Assembly (NCBI GenBank): GCA_965206325.1
Contig: OZ242208.1
Location: 1,721,557-1,785,556, forward strand
Length of the DNA stretch: 64,000 nt
Origin: Gammaproteobacteria bacterium
Lineage (GTDB): Bacteria; Pseudomonadota; Gammaproteobacteria; Tethybacterales; G965206325
Direction: 5' to 3'
Shown: one piece after another, positions 47,914 to 57,807 of the stretch
How positions within the stretch are numbered: position 1 is the stretch's first letter
How the letters are laid out: each line of letters opens with the position of its first letter
Position numbers and translations under genes: made by a program
Notes under the pieces: model-generated
What the model saw: the letters and a program-made list of their open reading frames with translations, nothing else
Databases searched by the model: none
Told to the model about the DNA's origin: nothing

Positions 47914-49256
47914 TTCGACGCGCCACCGCCCTTTTTGTTTTTGCCGCCGCGATGCTCGCCGCCGGCTACTGGGCGGCGATGTCGCCCGTCGGCGCGCAAG
48001 CCGCGCAGGAAGAATTGCCGCTGGAAGAATTGCGCGAATTCAGCGAGGTCTACGCCGCCATTAAATCCGGCTATGTGGACGAAGTGTCCGACCGCGAATT
48101 ATTTGATTCGGCGATTCGCGGAATGCTGCAAGGGCTTGACCCGCATTCCGAATATTTTAATGAGGACGACTTCCGCGAATTTCAGCGCGGGCTTTCCGGC
48201 GTCTTCAGCGGAATCGGAATCTTTGTCGGACTCAAATCCGGCTTTGTGCATGTCGTTTCGCCGATTGACGACACTCCCGCCCATCGCGCCGGCATTTTAA
48301 TGGACGACTTCATTACTAAATTAAACGGCACGGCGACGCGCGGCATGTCGCTCAGCGACGCCGTCAATATCATGCGCGGCGAGCCGGGAACGGCGGTCAC
48401 GCTGGAAATTCTGCGCGCCGGCGAATCCGGCCCGCTCACTTTTGAATTAATCCGCGAAGAAATTAAAACCCCAAGCGTGCGCTCGGCATTCGCCGAAGTG
48501 GATTACGGCTACATTCGCATTTCGCAATTCCAGCCCAATCGCACGGTGGAAGATTTGGTGAAAGCGGTCAATCGGCTGTTTGACGAAAACGGCGGCTCGC
48601 TGAAAGGAATCATTCTGGATTTGCGCAACAATCCCGGCGGCGACCTGCGCTCCAGCATCGGGGCGGCGTCGGTATTTTTGCCGGGCAGCATGGAAGTCGT
48701 TTCCGACCGCGGCCGCAGCGGACGATTAAACAAGCACAAATCCGGCTTGGGGACATATCCCGCAAACGAATTAAAATACGGCGCGGAAATCAAAACCGCT
48801 CCGATGGTCGTGCTGGTAAATGGCGGCTCGGCATCCGCCGCCGAAATTGTCGCCGGGGCTTTGCAGGACCATGGCCGCGCGGTAATTGTCGGCACGCGCA
48901 CTTACGGCAAGGCGTCGGTGCAGGGGATTTTTCATCTGCGGGCGACTTCCAATCGCACGGCGATAAAACTCACTTCGGCGCGCTATTTCACCCCGTCGGG
49001 ACGCTCCATTCAAGCGCGCGGCATTGCGCCGGATGTCGTCGTTGAATCCGCCAGCGTGGAAAAGCGAACAGAATTCGTCCAGCGCGAATCCGAATTGGCC
49101 GGACATTTGGATCCGGAAAACAACGAGGACATTCCCGAACTCATCCGCGAAGAAAATGAAGACGCGGCGGCATCGCCTTTTCTTCCCCAGAACGATTATC
49201 AATTTGAACAGGCGCTGAATATTTTGAAAGCGCTTCACGCAACGGCATCGCGCTGA
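47910..49256 (+). CDS. ctpA: carboxy-terminal processing protease (S41)
   Basis: PDZ domain plus S41 catalytic region. Start [15 protein letters not shown] overlaps the cytochrome c4 stop. Confidence 0.85.
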   Translation: MIRRATALFVFAAAMLAAGYWAAMSPVGAQAAQEELPLEELREFSEVYAAIKSGYVDEVSDRELFDSAIRGMLQGLDPHSEYFNEDDFREFQRGLSGVFSGIGIFVGLKSGFVHVVSPIDDTPAHRAGILMDDFITKLNGTATRGMSLSDAVNIMRGEPGTAVTLEILRAGESGPLTFELIREEIKTPSVRSAFAEVDYGYIRISQFQPNRTVEDLVKAVNRLFDENGGSLKGIILDLRNNPGGDLRSSIGAASVFLPGSMEVVSDRGRSGRLNKHKSGLGTYPANELKYGAEIKTAPMVVLVNGGSASAAEIVAGALQDHGRAVIVGTRTYGKASVQGIFHLRATSNRTAIKLTSARYFTPSGRSIQARGIAPDVVVESASVEKRTEFVQRESELAGHLDPENNEDIPELIREENEDAAASPFLPQNDYQFEQALNILKALHATASR

Positions 49257-49370
49257 AAAATTGCCGTAATCGGGCAATCGGAGTTTGTCGGGGATGCATT
49301 CCCGGCTCGCGCATTTTAATACTTGACATAACCTTTTTCCCTCCCCGGCGTGCGCAGAATTCTTCCTTGA

Positions 49371-50330
49371 TTGACTACTAAAGAAACGGGCAAATCGATT
49401 GTCATGAAAACACCGCTTGGCATAATTTCTTCTTCGGGCGCGATGCTGGCGACGCTGGCGGCGTTTTGTTGGGGCATTGGCACGGTGATGTCGAAAGATG
49501 TTCTGGATTCGTTCTCGCCGATTTTTCTGCTGGCGTTGCAGCTCGCCGCGAGCGTGGTGTTTCTTTGGGGTTTGATTTTTTTGCGGCGGATTCCGGCGCC
49601 GACGGTTTCACGGATGCTGTTCGTAAAAGTCGCGTCGCTCGGGTTGCTGGAGCCGTGGCTGGCATATTTTCTCGGGCTGATTGGTTTGGCGGTAACGCGC
49701 GCGAGCAACGCGACTTTGATTCAGGCGACCGAGGCGATCATGATTATCATCGTCTCGGCGGTTTTATTTCGCGTCAAGACGACGTTGCGCTTTGTGGCAT
49801 TGTCGGTGGTTGCGGTCGGCGGGCTGCTGGTCACGCTCGGCGTGTTCACCGACGGCGGCAATGATGGCGGCAGTTTGTTTGGGGATGCGCTGGTCTTTGC
49901 GGGAACGGCGGCGGCGGCGGTATATGTTGTGTTGTCCGGCCGCTTTGCGACCAGCATGCATCCGCTCTACATCGTCGCTTGGCAGCAAACCATTGCGTTG
50001 ATTTTTGCCGGGCTGCTGCTGCCTTTTGAACGCGCGATGTATCCGCAAACCCAAGCCATCGCAACTATTCCTCCGGATGTCTGGTTGTGGGCGGCGGCAT
50101 CGGGGTTGGTGCAATATGCTTTTGCGTTTTCACTTTACATCGCCGCGCTGCGCACCATAACCGCGAACTATGCCGGCAGTTTTTTAAATCTGACCCCGGT
50201 GTTTGGTCTTGCCGCCGCGTTTTTGTTTCTGCATGAGACTTTGTCGTGGCTGCAATTGACCGGCGCGGCGGTTACCGTGATTGCCGTTGCCAGCATCAAT
50301 TTGAACGCGGGGAATACGAGCAAAGCATAG
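49371..50330 (+). CDS. DMT superfamily (EamA-like) transporter
   Basis: 10 TM helices arranged as two EamA repeats. Confidence 0.7.
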   Translation: MTTKETGKSIVMKTPLGIISSSGAMLATLAAFCWGIGTVMSKDVLDSFSPIFLLALQLAASVVFLWGLIFLRRIPAPTVSRMLFVKVASLGLLEPWLAYFLGLIGLAVTRASNATLIQATEAIMIIIVSAVLFRVKTTLRFVALSVVAVGGLLVTLGVFTDGGNDGGSLFGDALVFAGTAAAAVYVVLSGRFATSMHPLYIVAWQQTIALIFAGLLLPFERAMYPQTQAIATIPPDVWLWAAASGLVQYAFAFSLYIAALRTITANYAGSFLNLTPVFGLAAAFLFLHETLSWLQLTGAAVTVIAVASINLNAGNTSKA

Positions 50331-50472
50331 GGCATCCTCCCATGGCCTTCATACGGGATTCGGAGGAAGTCGGCGGACGGATATTCATCACCTTCGGCTT
50401 TTGACTCGCCGAAGAATTGTGCGGGGCGACTCGGCGAGAGTCGATCCGCACTTGATTCGCGCTTTCGTTTTT

Positions 50473-52008
50473 TTAAACTTGCCGCTGAGGATGCAAGCGA
50501 CCGCCGCTCGCGCGCATGCGATTCAAGGCGCTCAAATAGGCCTTCACCGACGCCACTACAATATCCGTGTCCGCCCCGTGACCATTAACCGCCCCGCCGT
50601 TTTTAGCGAGGCGCACCGTTACTTCGCCCTGTGCATCGCTGCCGCCCGTAATGCTGCGCACCGAATATAATTCCAGCGATGCACCGCTGCGCGCAATTTC
50701 TTCCGCCGCTCGAAAAGCCGCATCCACCTGACCGCCGCCGGACGATTTCGCCCGCCGCTCTTCGCCGCCGACGGCGATGGCAATTTCCGCATGCGGCGGC
50801 GAATCGCCGTTCGCCGAAGCCGAATGAAACGACAAAAGCCGAAAATGCTCGCCACCCGAATCGTCGCCACCGGCAAGGGCGACAAGGTCTTCGTCGTAGA
50901 TGTCGCGCTTTTTGTCGGCGAGCGATTTGAAGCGGCGGAAAGCGTCGTGCATTTCATCGTCCGATTCAAAGGCGATTCCCAATTTACTCATTTTTGCGCG
51001 AAAGGCGGCGCTGCCCGATAATTTACCGAGCGGCAATCGGCTGGACTGCCAGCCGACATCTTCGGGGCGCATGATTTCGTAGGTTTGCTGATGCTTCAAA
51101 ACGCCGTCCTGATGGATGCCGGATTCGTGGGCGAAAGCGTTTGCGCCGACAACCGCCTTGTTGGGCTGCACGGCGAATCCAGTAATGCCCGCGACCATTC
51201 GGCTGGCGGCGAGAATCTGCCGCGTGTCTATGCCGGTGTCGCAGCCGAAAAAATCGCGGCGGGTTTTAATCGCCATTGCAATTTCTTCCAGCGCAGTGTT
51301 GCCGGCGCGCTCGCCGATTCCGTTAATCGTGCATTCAATCTGGCGCGCACCAGCGGCGACGGCGGCCAGCGAATTAGCGACGGCAAGCCCCAAATCGTTG
51401 TGGCAGTGCGCCGAAAAAACCGCCTTGTCCGAATTCGGCACGCGCTCGCGCAGGCGGCGAATTAATTCGCCGAATTGCTCCGGCACGCCGTAGCCGACGG
51501 TGTCCGGAATGTTAACCGTCGACGCGCCCGCCGCAATCGTTGATTCCAGCACGCGGCAGAGAAAATCCTCGTCCGAGCGAGCGGCGTCTTCGGGCGAAAA
51601 TTCCACATCGTCGGCGCGATTTCGCGCGCGGCGGACGGCTTCTCCGGCGCGCTGCAAAACGGCATCGGGAGTCATCCGCAATTTCTTTTCCATGTGAATC
51701 GGCGAAGTGGCGATAAAAGTGTGCAGCCGTCCGCGCTTCGCCGGCGCGATGGCATCGGCGGCGGCGTCAATATCGCGGTCATTCGCCCGGGCGAGGGCGC
51801 AGACGGTCGATTCCGTCACCGATTCAGCGATGCGGCGCACGGCGTTAAAATCGCCTTCGCTTGCCGCCGGAAATCCGGCTTCAATAATATCCGCGCGCAG
51901 CCGCTCCAATTGGCGGGCGATGCGCAGTTTGTCGTCGGCCGACATTGACGCGCCGGCGCTTTGCTCGCCATCGCGAAGGGTGGTGTCAAAAATCAATACG
52001 CGGTCCAT
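50473..52008 (-). CDS. leuA: 2-isopropylmalate synthase
   Basis: [18 protein letters not shown]-terminus and HxH motif; LeuA dimerisation domain at C-terminus. Confidence 0.9.
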   Translation of the reverse strand: MDRVLIFDTTLRDGEQSAGASMSADDKLRIARQLERLRADIIEAGFPAASEGDFNAVRRIAESVTESTVCALARANDRDIDAAADAIAPAKRGRLHTFIATSPIHMEKKLRMTPDAVLQRAGEAVRRARNRADDVEFSPEDAARSDEDFLCRVLESTIAAGASTVNIPDTVGYGVPEQFGELIRRLRERVPNSDKAVFSAHCHNDLGLAVANSLAAVAAGARQIECTINGIGERAGNTALEEIAMAIKTRRDFFGCDTGIDTRQILAASRMVAGITGFAVQPNKAVVGANAFAHESGIHQDGVLKHQQTYEIMRPEDVGWQSSRLPLGKLSGSAAFRAKMSKLGIAFESDDEMHDAFRRFKSLADKKRDIYDEDLVALAGGDDSGGEHFRLLSFHSASANGDSPPHAEIAIAVGGEERRAKSSGGGQVDAAFRAAEEIARSGASLELYSVRSITGGSDAQGEVTVRLAKNGGAVNGHGADTDIVVASVKAYLSALNRMRASGGRLHPQRQV

Positions 52009-52080
52009 GGCTGCGTCTCCGTTGCTGCGGCATCGCCGCAAGTAATCAATCGCCGAATTAAATTCGGCGCGAAAGAAAAA

Positions 52081-52230
52081 TCAGGGATGTGAAAGATGTC
52101 CGCGCCGCAACGGGCGCAGAAGAAAAAGCGCAAGCCCGCGCGCTTCGCCGCGAAAAAGAAAAAAAATGCCGCCGCTATTTTTGCGCATGAAAAAATTATC
52201 GCCGATTTGGGCGGGCGAGTCAACCAGCCC
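52081..52230 (-). promoter_or_regulatory. candidate leuA leader: TTGACT-N17-GATAAT promoter, then a leaderless 35-codon Leu/Phe-rich peptide ORF containing a terminator-like hairpin and U-run
   Basis: Minus-strand ORF 52188..52081 encodes MRKNSGGIFFLFRGEARGLALFLLRPLRRGHLSHP. Hairpin AAGCGC-gcgggctt-GCGCTT followed by TTTCTTCT lies within the Leu codons. Confidence 0.3.
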
Positions 52231-52287
52231 ATTCAGCGGGATTTTTCACCCGCCGATGTCAGCGCAACTTTCCGGCGACGAGGAAAA

Positions 52288-54063
52288 TCACCGATACACC
52301 GGCAGCGGCTGAGCCGCAAATCCGCGCGCTTGATACAATCGCTCCGACAACTCCACCCGAGTCATCCATATTACTAAATCATCATAGATGCCTTGGCTTT
52401 TGAATCCATCGCCGGGATCAATCGCTTCCGAACCCGTCGGCAGCGGCAAATAGCCAATGCGGCCACGCTCCCTCGACGACACCCCACCGGTATCTTGGCG
52501 GTTTCTATTCGCGTCGTCGTTGGCAGCGCCGCCACTAACAGTGTATTCATTCGCCCCGCAGTTGGCTGTGTCAAAGCGAAATGTGTCGGCGACGCGCGCC
52601 GCAATGGCGTTATATCGCTCCAAGCGGCGAAAAGAATCATCCGAGCCCGGATCGGTCGGAGCATTGCATCTCGGCTCGCCCGCCGCTATGGACGATATAT
52701 GATTAATCGCCCCGAATCCATTTTGACCATGCGAAATTACCGCAAAGGGAATTCCATCCGTAACATCGCCTTCCACATTCACTTTCGGCGGCGGCAGCAC
52801 AATGGCGCAGGGACCGCGCGGACTACCGCCGCCCCGCCTTCCGCCGCAGATGTTATTAATAACCGAACCCGCCGCAATTGCTCGCGGGCCGGTATCCAGA
52901 TTAATTCGTCCGCAATCCTGATGGCAAATAATCGGCGGTTCAATTAAATCACCGACAGCGCGAAAGTCCGGAGTGGCCGGCTGCCTGTAAAAAATAACGA
53001 AAAGAGGCGGCGGCGTTATGCCGATGAGTTGCAATTCTCCGTAATCGTTCGACGCAAGGCCAATGTCAATCCTTCGGCCAAAGTCAACAGGGGTGGGGAG
53101 GCCAAATCCATTGCACCGACCAATGCCTCCGCCTCTGCGGCATAACAGAACCTCACTGACATTGAAAGGATTAATAAGGGCTCGGATTTGCACCTGACCC
53201 GGACCATTCGGACAAGTATAAGTAACTGGCGAACTATCAAGGGGATTGAAAGGGCTCCCCTCTCGCCGCCAGCTAATGACGCCCGGATTGCTGGACCGTA
53301 TTTGAATTGTTCCCGATCCGCAATTTGGGTCAACATTAGCAGCGGGGACATCTTGGAAAGGAGCCGGCGTTGGCGGAAAATCCATTGTAAGGCGCGTCGC
53401 CCGGGCTTGATACATTTCGGCGGTGCTTGTTCCGCCGGTGCTGCATCGAGGCACCGCCGCTATCAAACTTGCATCATCCGCCGGGCAAAGCGGCACGCGA
53501 GTTTCAAATTCGTCGGCGCGCGTTTCCGGGCCGAATCCAAGAATGGAATTCGCAAACGCCAAATCCACCCGATAAGTGTAGCGATTGCCCCATTGGTCGG
53601 AGGGCGGCACGCCGAGTGTCGCCCACGGCAAAACGCCGCCGTATTCCATACAGCCGCCCTGTTGAATGAGTTCGAGGGAAGTAAGCGGCCGACTGGGGTC
53701 AGTAGCCGAAGTCGAAATGGGGCTGGTGCCGCGCAAAATATCCACCGGCAGGCGATCTTCCAGACCGTCGCCGTCAATATCCGGACATGGCAGATAAGGG
53801 CGGCCCGCCGGAATTTCGTAGTTAAGTAGGGGGGATGCCACGCTTTGCAGATAGCGGAATTCGGTATTGTGCCGCAGGGCGTAGGCGAAGACGGCTTCGC
53901 GGATTCGCTCTAATTGATTTTGTTCGTCCAGCCGTCCGCCGTCGCGAATTTGAATGCCGAGAGTAAGCAGCGAGCCGCCCAGAATCAAGCCGATGACCGC
54001 CAGCACAATCATCAATTCCACCAGCGTAAATCCCCGCTGTTTTTTCGCCGGCACTGCTGTCAT
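52288..54063 (-). CDS. large type IV pilin-like protein, paralog 1 (591 aa)
   Basis: Prepilin leader and class III signal MTAVPAKKQRG|FTLVELMIVLAVIG. Shares the GRPYLPCPDIDGDGLEDR, WGNRYTYRVD, GFGPETRADEF, VISHGQNG and YDDLVIWM motifs with paralogs 2 and 3. Confidence 0.75.
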   Translation of the reverse strand: MTAVPAKKQRGFTLVELMIVLAVIGLILGGSLLTLGIQIRDGGRLDEQNQLERIREAVFAYALRHNTEFRYLQSVASPLLNYEIPAGRPYLPCPDIDGDGLEDRLPVDILRGTSPISTSATDPSRPLTSLELIQQGGCMEYGGVLPWATLGVPPSDQWGNRYTYRVDLAFANSILGFGPETRADEFETRVPLCPADDASLIAAVPRCSTGGTSTAEMYQARATRLTMDFPPTPAPFQDVPAANVDPNCGSGTIQIRSSNPGVISWRREGSPFNPLDSSPVTYTCPNGPGQVQIRALINPFNVSEVLLCRRGGGIGRCNGFGLPTPVDFGRRIDIGLASNDYGELQLIGITPPPLFVIFYRQPATPDFRAVGDLIEPPIICHQDCGRINLDTGPRAIAAGSVINNICGGRRGGGSPRGPCAIVLPPPKVNVEGDVTDGIPFAVISHGQNGFGAINHISSIAAGEPRCNAPTDPGSDDSFRRLERYNAIAARVADTFRFDTANCGANEYTVSGGAANDDANRNRQDTGGVSSRERGRIGYLPLPTGSEAIDPGDGFKSQGIYDDLVIWMTRVELSERLYQARGFAAQPLPVYR

Positions 54064-54064
54064 T

Positions 54065-55480
54065 TCAGCAATCCACAAAGTTGACCGGCACTTCCACCGC
54101 GTGGACGGCGAGTCCGCCGCGCGATGTTTCCTTGTATTTAATTTTCATATCCTGTCCGGTTTCCCACATGGTTTTAATTACGCGGTCCAGCGAAACGAAA
54201 TGCCCGCCGTCGCCGGCCAAGGCCATTCTGGCGGCGGTAATGGCTTTTGCCGCTCCCATTGCATTCCGCTCAATGCATGGAATTTGGACGAGTCCGGCGA
54301 TGGGATCGCAGGTGAGTCCGAGATGATGCTCCATTGCAATTTCGGCGGCGTTTTCCGCCTGATGCGGCGTGCCGCCCATGGCTTCCGTCAATGCCGCCGC
54401 CGCCATTGAACACGCCGACCCGACTTCGCCCTGACAGCCCACTTCCGCCCCCGAAATGGATGCGTTTTGCTTGCACAGCATTCCAACCGCCGACGACGCC
54501 AGCAGAAAATTCGCGGCGGCGGATTCAGCGTCTTCGCCTTTTTGCGCACGAAAATTCACATAATAATGCAAAACCGCCGGAACGATTCCCGCCGCTCCGT
54601 TGGTCGGTGCAGTGACGACTCGTCCGCCCGCCGCATTTTCTTCATTAACGGCGATGGCGTAAAGCCCCGCCCAATCCATTTCGACGAGCGGGTCGCCCGC
54701 TTTTTGCCGCGCCGTTAATTTTTCATAAAGTCCGCGCGCGCGTCTTTTTACTTTGAGGATGCCCGGCAGAAATTCGTCGTCGCTTTCGCATCCCCGCTTG
54801 ACGCATTCTTGCATCACCCGCCAAATATCCGAAAGCCGTCGGCGAATTTCGGATTCGCCCAAGCGCGATTTTTCATTCGCCAAGACGATTCCGCTTATCG
54901 GCATTCCTTCGGCATCGCAATGCGAAAGCAATTCAGCGGCGGAAGAAAATGAAAACGGCTCCGCATTTTGGGAGGCGGGCTGCGAATCATTCGCCGCTTC
55001 AAACGCCGCTTCGTCCGATACAAATCCGCCGCCGACCGAATAATAGGCGGCGCGACGCAAAATCGCTCCGTTAGAATCCGACGCCGCAAAAATCATTCCG
55101 TTGGGATGATTCGGCAGGGCTTTGCGGAGCATCAGCAAATCCCGCTTTTCGTCAAAGCCGATGGGTTTTTCACCGAGCAGCATTAGCGATTTTTCCGTCC
55201 GAATTTTTTCCAATCGCATCGGAATGACGGCGGGGTCAATTTGGTCGGGCGATTCGCCTTCCAATCCCATCAGCACGGCTTTGTCGCTGCCGTGGCCTTT
55301 GCCGGTCGCTCCCAGCGAGCCGTATAATTCCGCGCGGACATTGGCGGCGTTTGCGAAGAATCCGCCGTCCTTCAGCGAATGCGCGAACATATTCGCCGCC
55401 CGCATCGGGCCGACAGTGTGCGAACTGGACGGGCCAATTCCCACCTTAAACAATTCAAAAACGCTCAGTGCCGACATCAT
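54065..55480 (-). CDS. sdaA: L-serine dehydratase (Fe-S, single chain)
   Basis: [54 protein letters not shown] align with E. coli SdaA; 471 aa. Confidence 0.9.
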   Translation of the reverse strand: MMSALSVFELFKVGIGPSSSHTVGPMRAANMFAHSLKDGGFFANAANVRAELYGSLGATGKGHGSDKAVLMGLEGESPDQIDPAVIPMRLEKIRTEKSLMLLGEKPIGFDEKRDLLMLRKALPNHPNGMIFAASDSNGAILRRAAYYSVGGGFVSDEAAFEAANDSQPASQNAEPFSFSSAAELLSHCDAEGMPISGIVLANEKSRLGESEIRRRLSDIWRVMQECVKRGCESDDEFLPGILKVKRRARGLYEKLTARQKAGDPLVEMDWAGLYAIAVNEENAAGGRVVTAPTNGAAGIVPAVLHYYVNFRAQKGEDAESAAANFLLASSAVGMLCKQNASISGAEVGCQGEVGSACSMAAAALTEAMGGTPHQAENAAEIAMEHHLGLTCDPIAGLVQIPCIERNAMGAAKAITAARMALAGDGGHFVSLDRVIKTMWETGQDMKIKYKETSRGGLAVHAVEVPVNFVDC

Positions 55481-55483
55481 TAA

Positions 55484-56686
55484 TTATTCCAAGCCGATTC
55501 GCGGAAAATCCTCCGCCGGAAAAACACCGACCCGACTCATTTCGCCCACTAATTCGTCGGCGGAAATCCAGACGACAATATCGTCAAAAACTAATCCGTC
55601 GTCGTCCGTCCAGCCGGATTCCGAATGCGGTCCGGCGTAGAATGAAGATTCCACCCCGTCGGAACCCAACCCGCTGGAAAGGCGAATTTGCAGGCAATTG
55701 TCGCGGGCATTTTCGCGGAATGCATTCTGCCGCTCGGCGTTAAATTCTCTATCCGCAGTCGTGCCGTCCGGAAACGGCGTGCATTCAACTTGCGAATATG
55801 GAAAGCGCCCACCGCGCCCACCCGAATTTTCGGACGCGCCTTCGCCCAAAACGCCGCCGTGACCATTCGGTCCGTGCGACACAATTACCGCCGGCACGCC
55901 GCTGATAATATCGTCTTCGTCGTAGGGGCGAAACGGACGGGATGCCAAAGTAATATTCGCCGTCGCAAAATCCCCGGCGATGACTAAAACATTCGTCGTC
56001 CCCGGATCGCACGGAAAAGCGACGCGAGTCACCGCCCGATTTGGATTCGCCCCGCAAATTGCGCCGGGCGGCGGCGATTCTTCGTTGCCCGACCGCTCTT
56101 GATATTCGGGGTTTGAGCCGGACATTAGCAATTCCCTCCGCAGGTCATACTTGTCGGCGATGGTGCTTTGATTAAATCCAATTAAAGCGTTGGCATAGGC
56201 GGGATCCACCCGATAAGTATATTCCCGCCCCCACCAGTCGGCGGAATACTGCGGCAGATTAAGCGTCCGCCACGGCACGGTGCCTTTGTAATCTTCGCAG
56301 CCGCCGAGGTTGCGGCTGTACACAGTGCTAAAAGCAATGGGGCTGGTAAGATTGTCAAAGGCGAAATCCGTCCGATCCTCCACGCCGTTGCCGTTGACAT
56401 CCGGACACGGCAAATAAGGGCGACCCGCCGGCAAGCGATAAACCGCCCCGCCATTTCTCACCCAGCGGGCGACCGTCCGCTGGCGGCCGGCGTAATCCAG
56501 CATCGCCAATTTGATTTGACGCATCGCATCCTTCACCGACGCTTGATTCTCCACTTCCAGACGGCTGAAGACCGGCACCAACGCTCCGCCGAAAGCAATG
56601 CCGATGACCACCAGCACAATTGCTATTTCCACCATCGTGTAGCCGCGGCTTGCCGATTTTTTTTCGCGCATTTTCATCATCGTCAT
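55484..56686 (-). CDS. large type IV pilin-like protein, paralog 2 (400 aa)
   Basis: Leader ...SASRG|YTMVEIAIVLVVIG, then GRPYLPCPDVNGNGVEDR, WGREYTYRVD, VIVSHGPNGHGG, FDDIVVWI. Confidence 0.75.
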   Translation of the reverse strand: MTMMKMREKKSASRGYTMVEIAIVLVVIGIAFGGALVPVFSRLEVENQASVKDAMRQIKLAMLDYAGRQRTVARWVRNGGAVYRLPAGRPYLPCPDVNGNGVEDRTDFAFDNLTSPIAFSTVYSRNLGGCEDYKGTVPWRTLNLPQYSADWWGREYTYRVDPAYANALIGFNQSTIADKYDLRRELLMSGSNPEYQERSGNEESPPPGAICGANPNRAVTRVAFPCDPGTTNVLVIAGDFATANITLASRPFRPYDEDDIISGVPAVIVSHGPNGHGGVLGEGASENSGGRGGRFPYSQVECTPFPDGTTADREFNAERQNAFRENARDNCLQIRLSSGLGSDGVESSFYAGPHSESGWTDDDGLVFDDIVVWISADELVGEMSRVGVFPAEDFPRIGLE

Positions 56687-57804
56687 GGCCCAAACTGCGA
56701 CAAATTATCCACCGGCAAAACGCCGCTGCGTCCCATTTCCGCAATCAGCGATTCGCCCGACATCCAGCCCACAATGTCGTCGTAAAACCGTTCGTCTCCT
56801 CCGCTTTCCTCCCCGATTCCGCGCGGCGCATCTACAAAATTAATATAATTGTCGCCCCGCAATGTTGTACCCGGATTTTCGCAGGCGAGAGCGTTTAATT
56901 GCTCCAAGCGGTAAAATTCATTATCCAAACGGCTGCACTCCGGTACCTCCACCGGACTCAAAGTAATATGCAAAGCCCCGAAGCCGGCGCCGTTGGGGCC
57001 GTGCGAAACAATTACAAACGCCAAGCCGTCCAGCGTCTCGCCGGGGGCGTATATTTTTCTGACATCTCCATCCGTGATGGTAACGGCGGTTTCAGCGATA
57101 ATGCCCGACACAATTTCGCCGTCGCCGTCGCAGTCCAAATTTCGGCAGACGACTATCGGCAATTCCTCCGTGCCGTTGGAGCCGCTGCGCCGTCGCTCTT
57201 GCGGGACGGTAATGCCGCTGCTGACCGTTAATCTCAACGCCGGATGAAATTTATCCGCGCGCGTTTCCGGGCCGAACCCTAATAGTCCATGCGAATACGC
57301 AATATCCACCCGATAACTGTAAGGATTTCCCCACAAATCGGCGGCGGGAAGTCCGAGAGTCGCCCACGGCAATGCGCCCCAACTTCTATCGCAAAATGCG
57401 CCGCCATCGCCCGGGTCGCCGAATTCGTCCGCCAAACCGCGGCCCGAAGTGGTAGGGGAAATATCAATGACATAAGGCGGCGGGTCTAAGCCTATCCGAT
57501 TTTCCACGCCGTCGCCATCGGTATCCGGACACGGCAAATAAGGGCGGCCGCCCGGCAATTCTTGAACTCTGACGCCGTCGTTCACGGAATATCCTTCGGC
57601 GGTTTGATGCCGCACGGCGTAGGCGGCGACGGCGTTTATCGCGCGCTGAATCGCCTCTTCCGTTTCCTCTTCCCGCTCGTCCCGCTCGCGGGCGGAAAAA
57701 GGAATCAGCGAGCCGCCCAGCAGCAAGCCCAAAACCGCCAAAGCCAAAGCGATTTCCACCAGCGAATAGCCGCGCGAATTACGATGTCCGCCGATTCTTT
57801 TCAT
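56683..57804 (-). CDS. large type IV pilin-like protein, paralog 3 (373 aa)
   Basis: Leader MKRIGGHRNSRG|YSLVEIALALAVLG, then GRPYLPCPDTDGDGVENR, WGNPYSYRVD, VIVSHGPNGAGFG, YDDIVGWM. ATGA overlap with paralog 2. Confidence 0.75.
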   Translation of the reverse strand: MKRIGGHRNSRGYSLVEIALALAVLGLLLGGSLIPFSARERDEREEETEEAIQRAINAVAAYAVRHQTAEGYSVNDGVRVQELPGGRPYLPCPDTDGDGVENRIGLDPPPYVIDISPTTSGRGLADEFGDPGDGGAFCDRSWGALPWATLGLPAADLWGNPYSYRVDIAYSHGLLGFGPETRADKFHPALRLTVSSGITVPQERRRSGSNGTEELPIVVCRNLDCDGDGEIVSGIIAETAVTITDGDVRKIYAPGETLDGLAFVIVSHGPNGAGFGALHITLSPVEVPECSRLDNEFYRLEQLNALACENPGTTLRGDNYINFVDAPRGIGEESGGDERFYDDIVGWMSGESLIAEMGRSGVLPVDNLSQFGP

Positions 57805-57807
57805 TTT

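Noticed and set aside
50409-50472. Possible bidirectional terminator between eamA and leuA (8-bp stem ACTCGCCGA/TCGGCGAGT with 18-nt loop, T7 at 50466-50472)
   Set aside because: Stem is weak with a large loop and the T-run is 20 nt away from it; kept out of the feature list.
52096-52377. 93-aa basic + strand ORF between leuA and pilin-like paralog 1
   Set aside because: Antisense of the candidate leuA leader region and of the paralog 1 3' end; KKK-rich from A-runs; no RBS.
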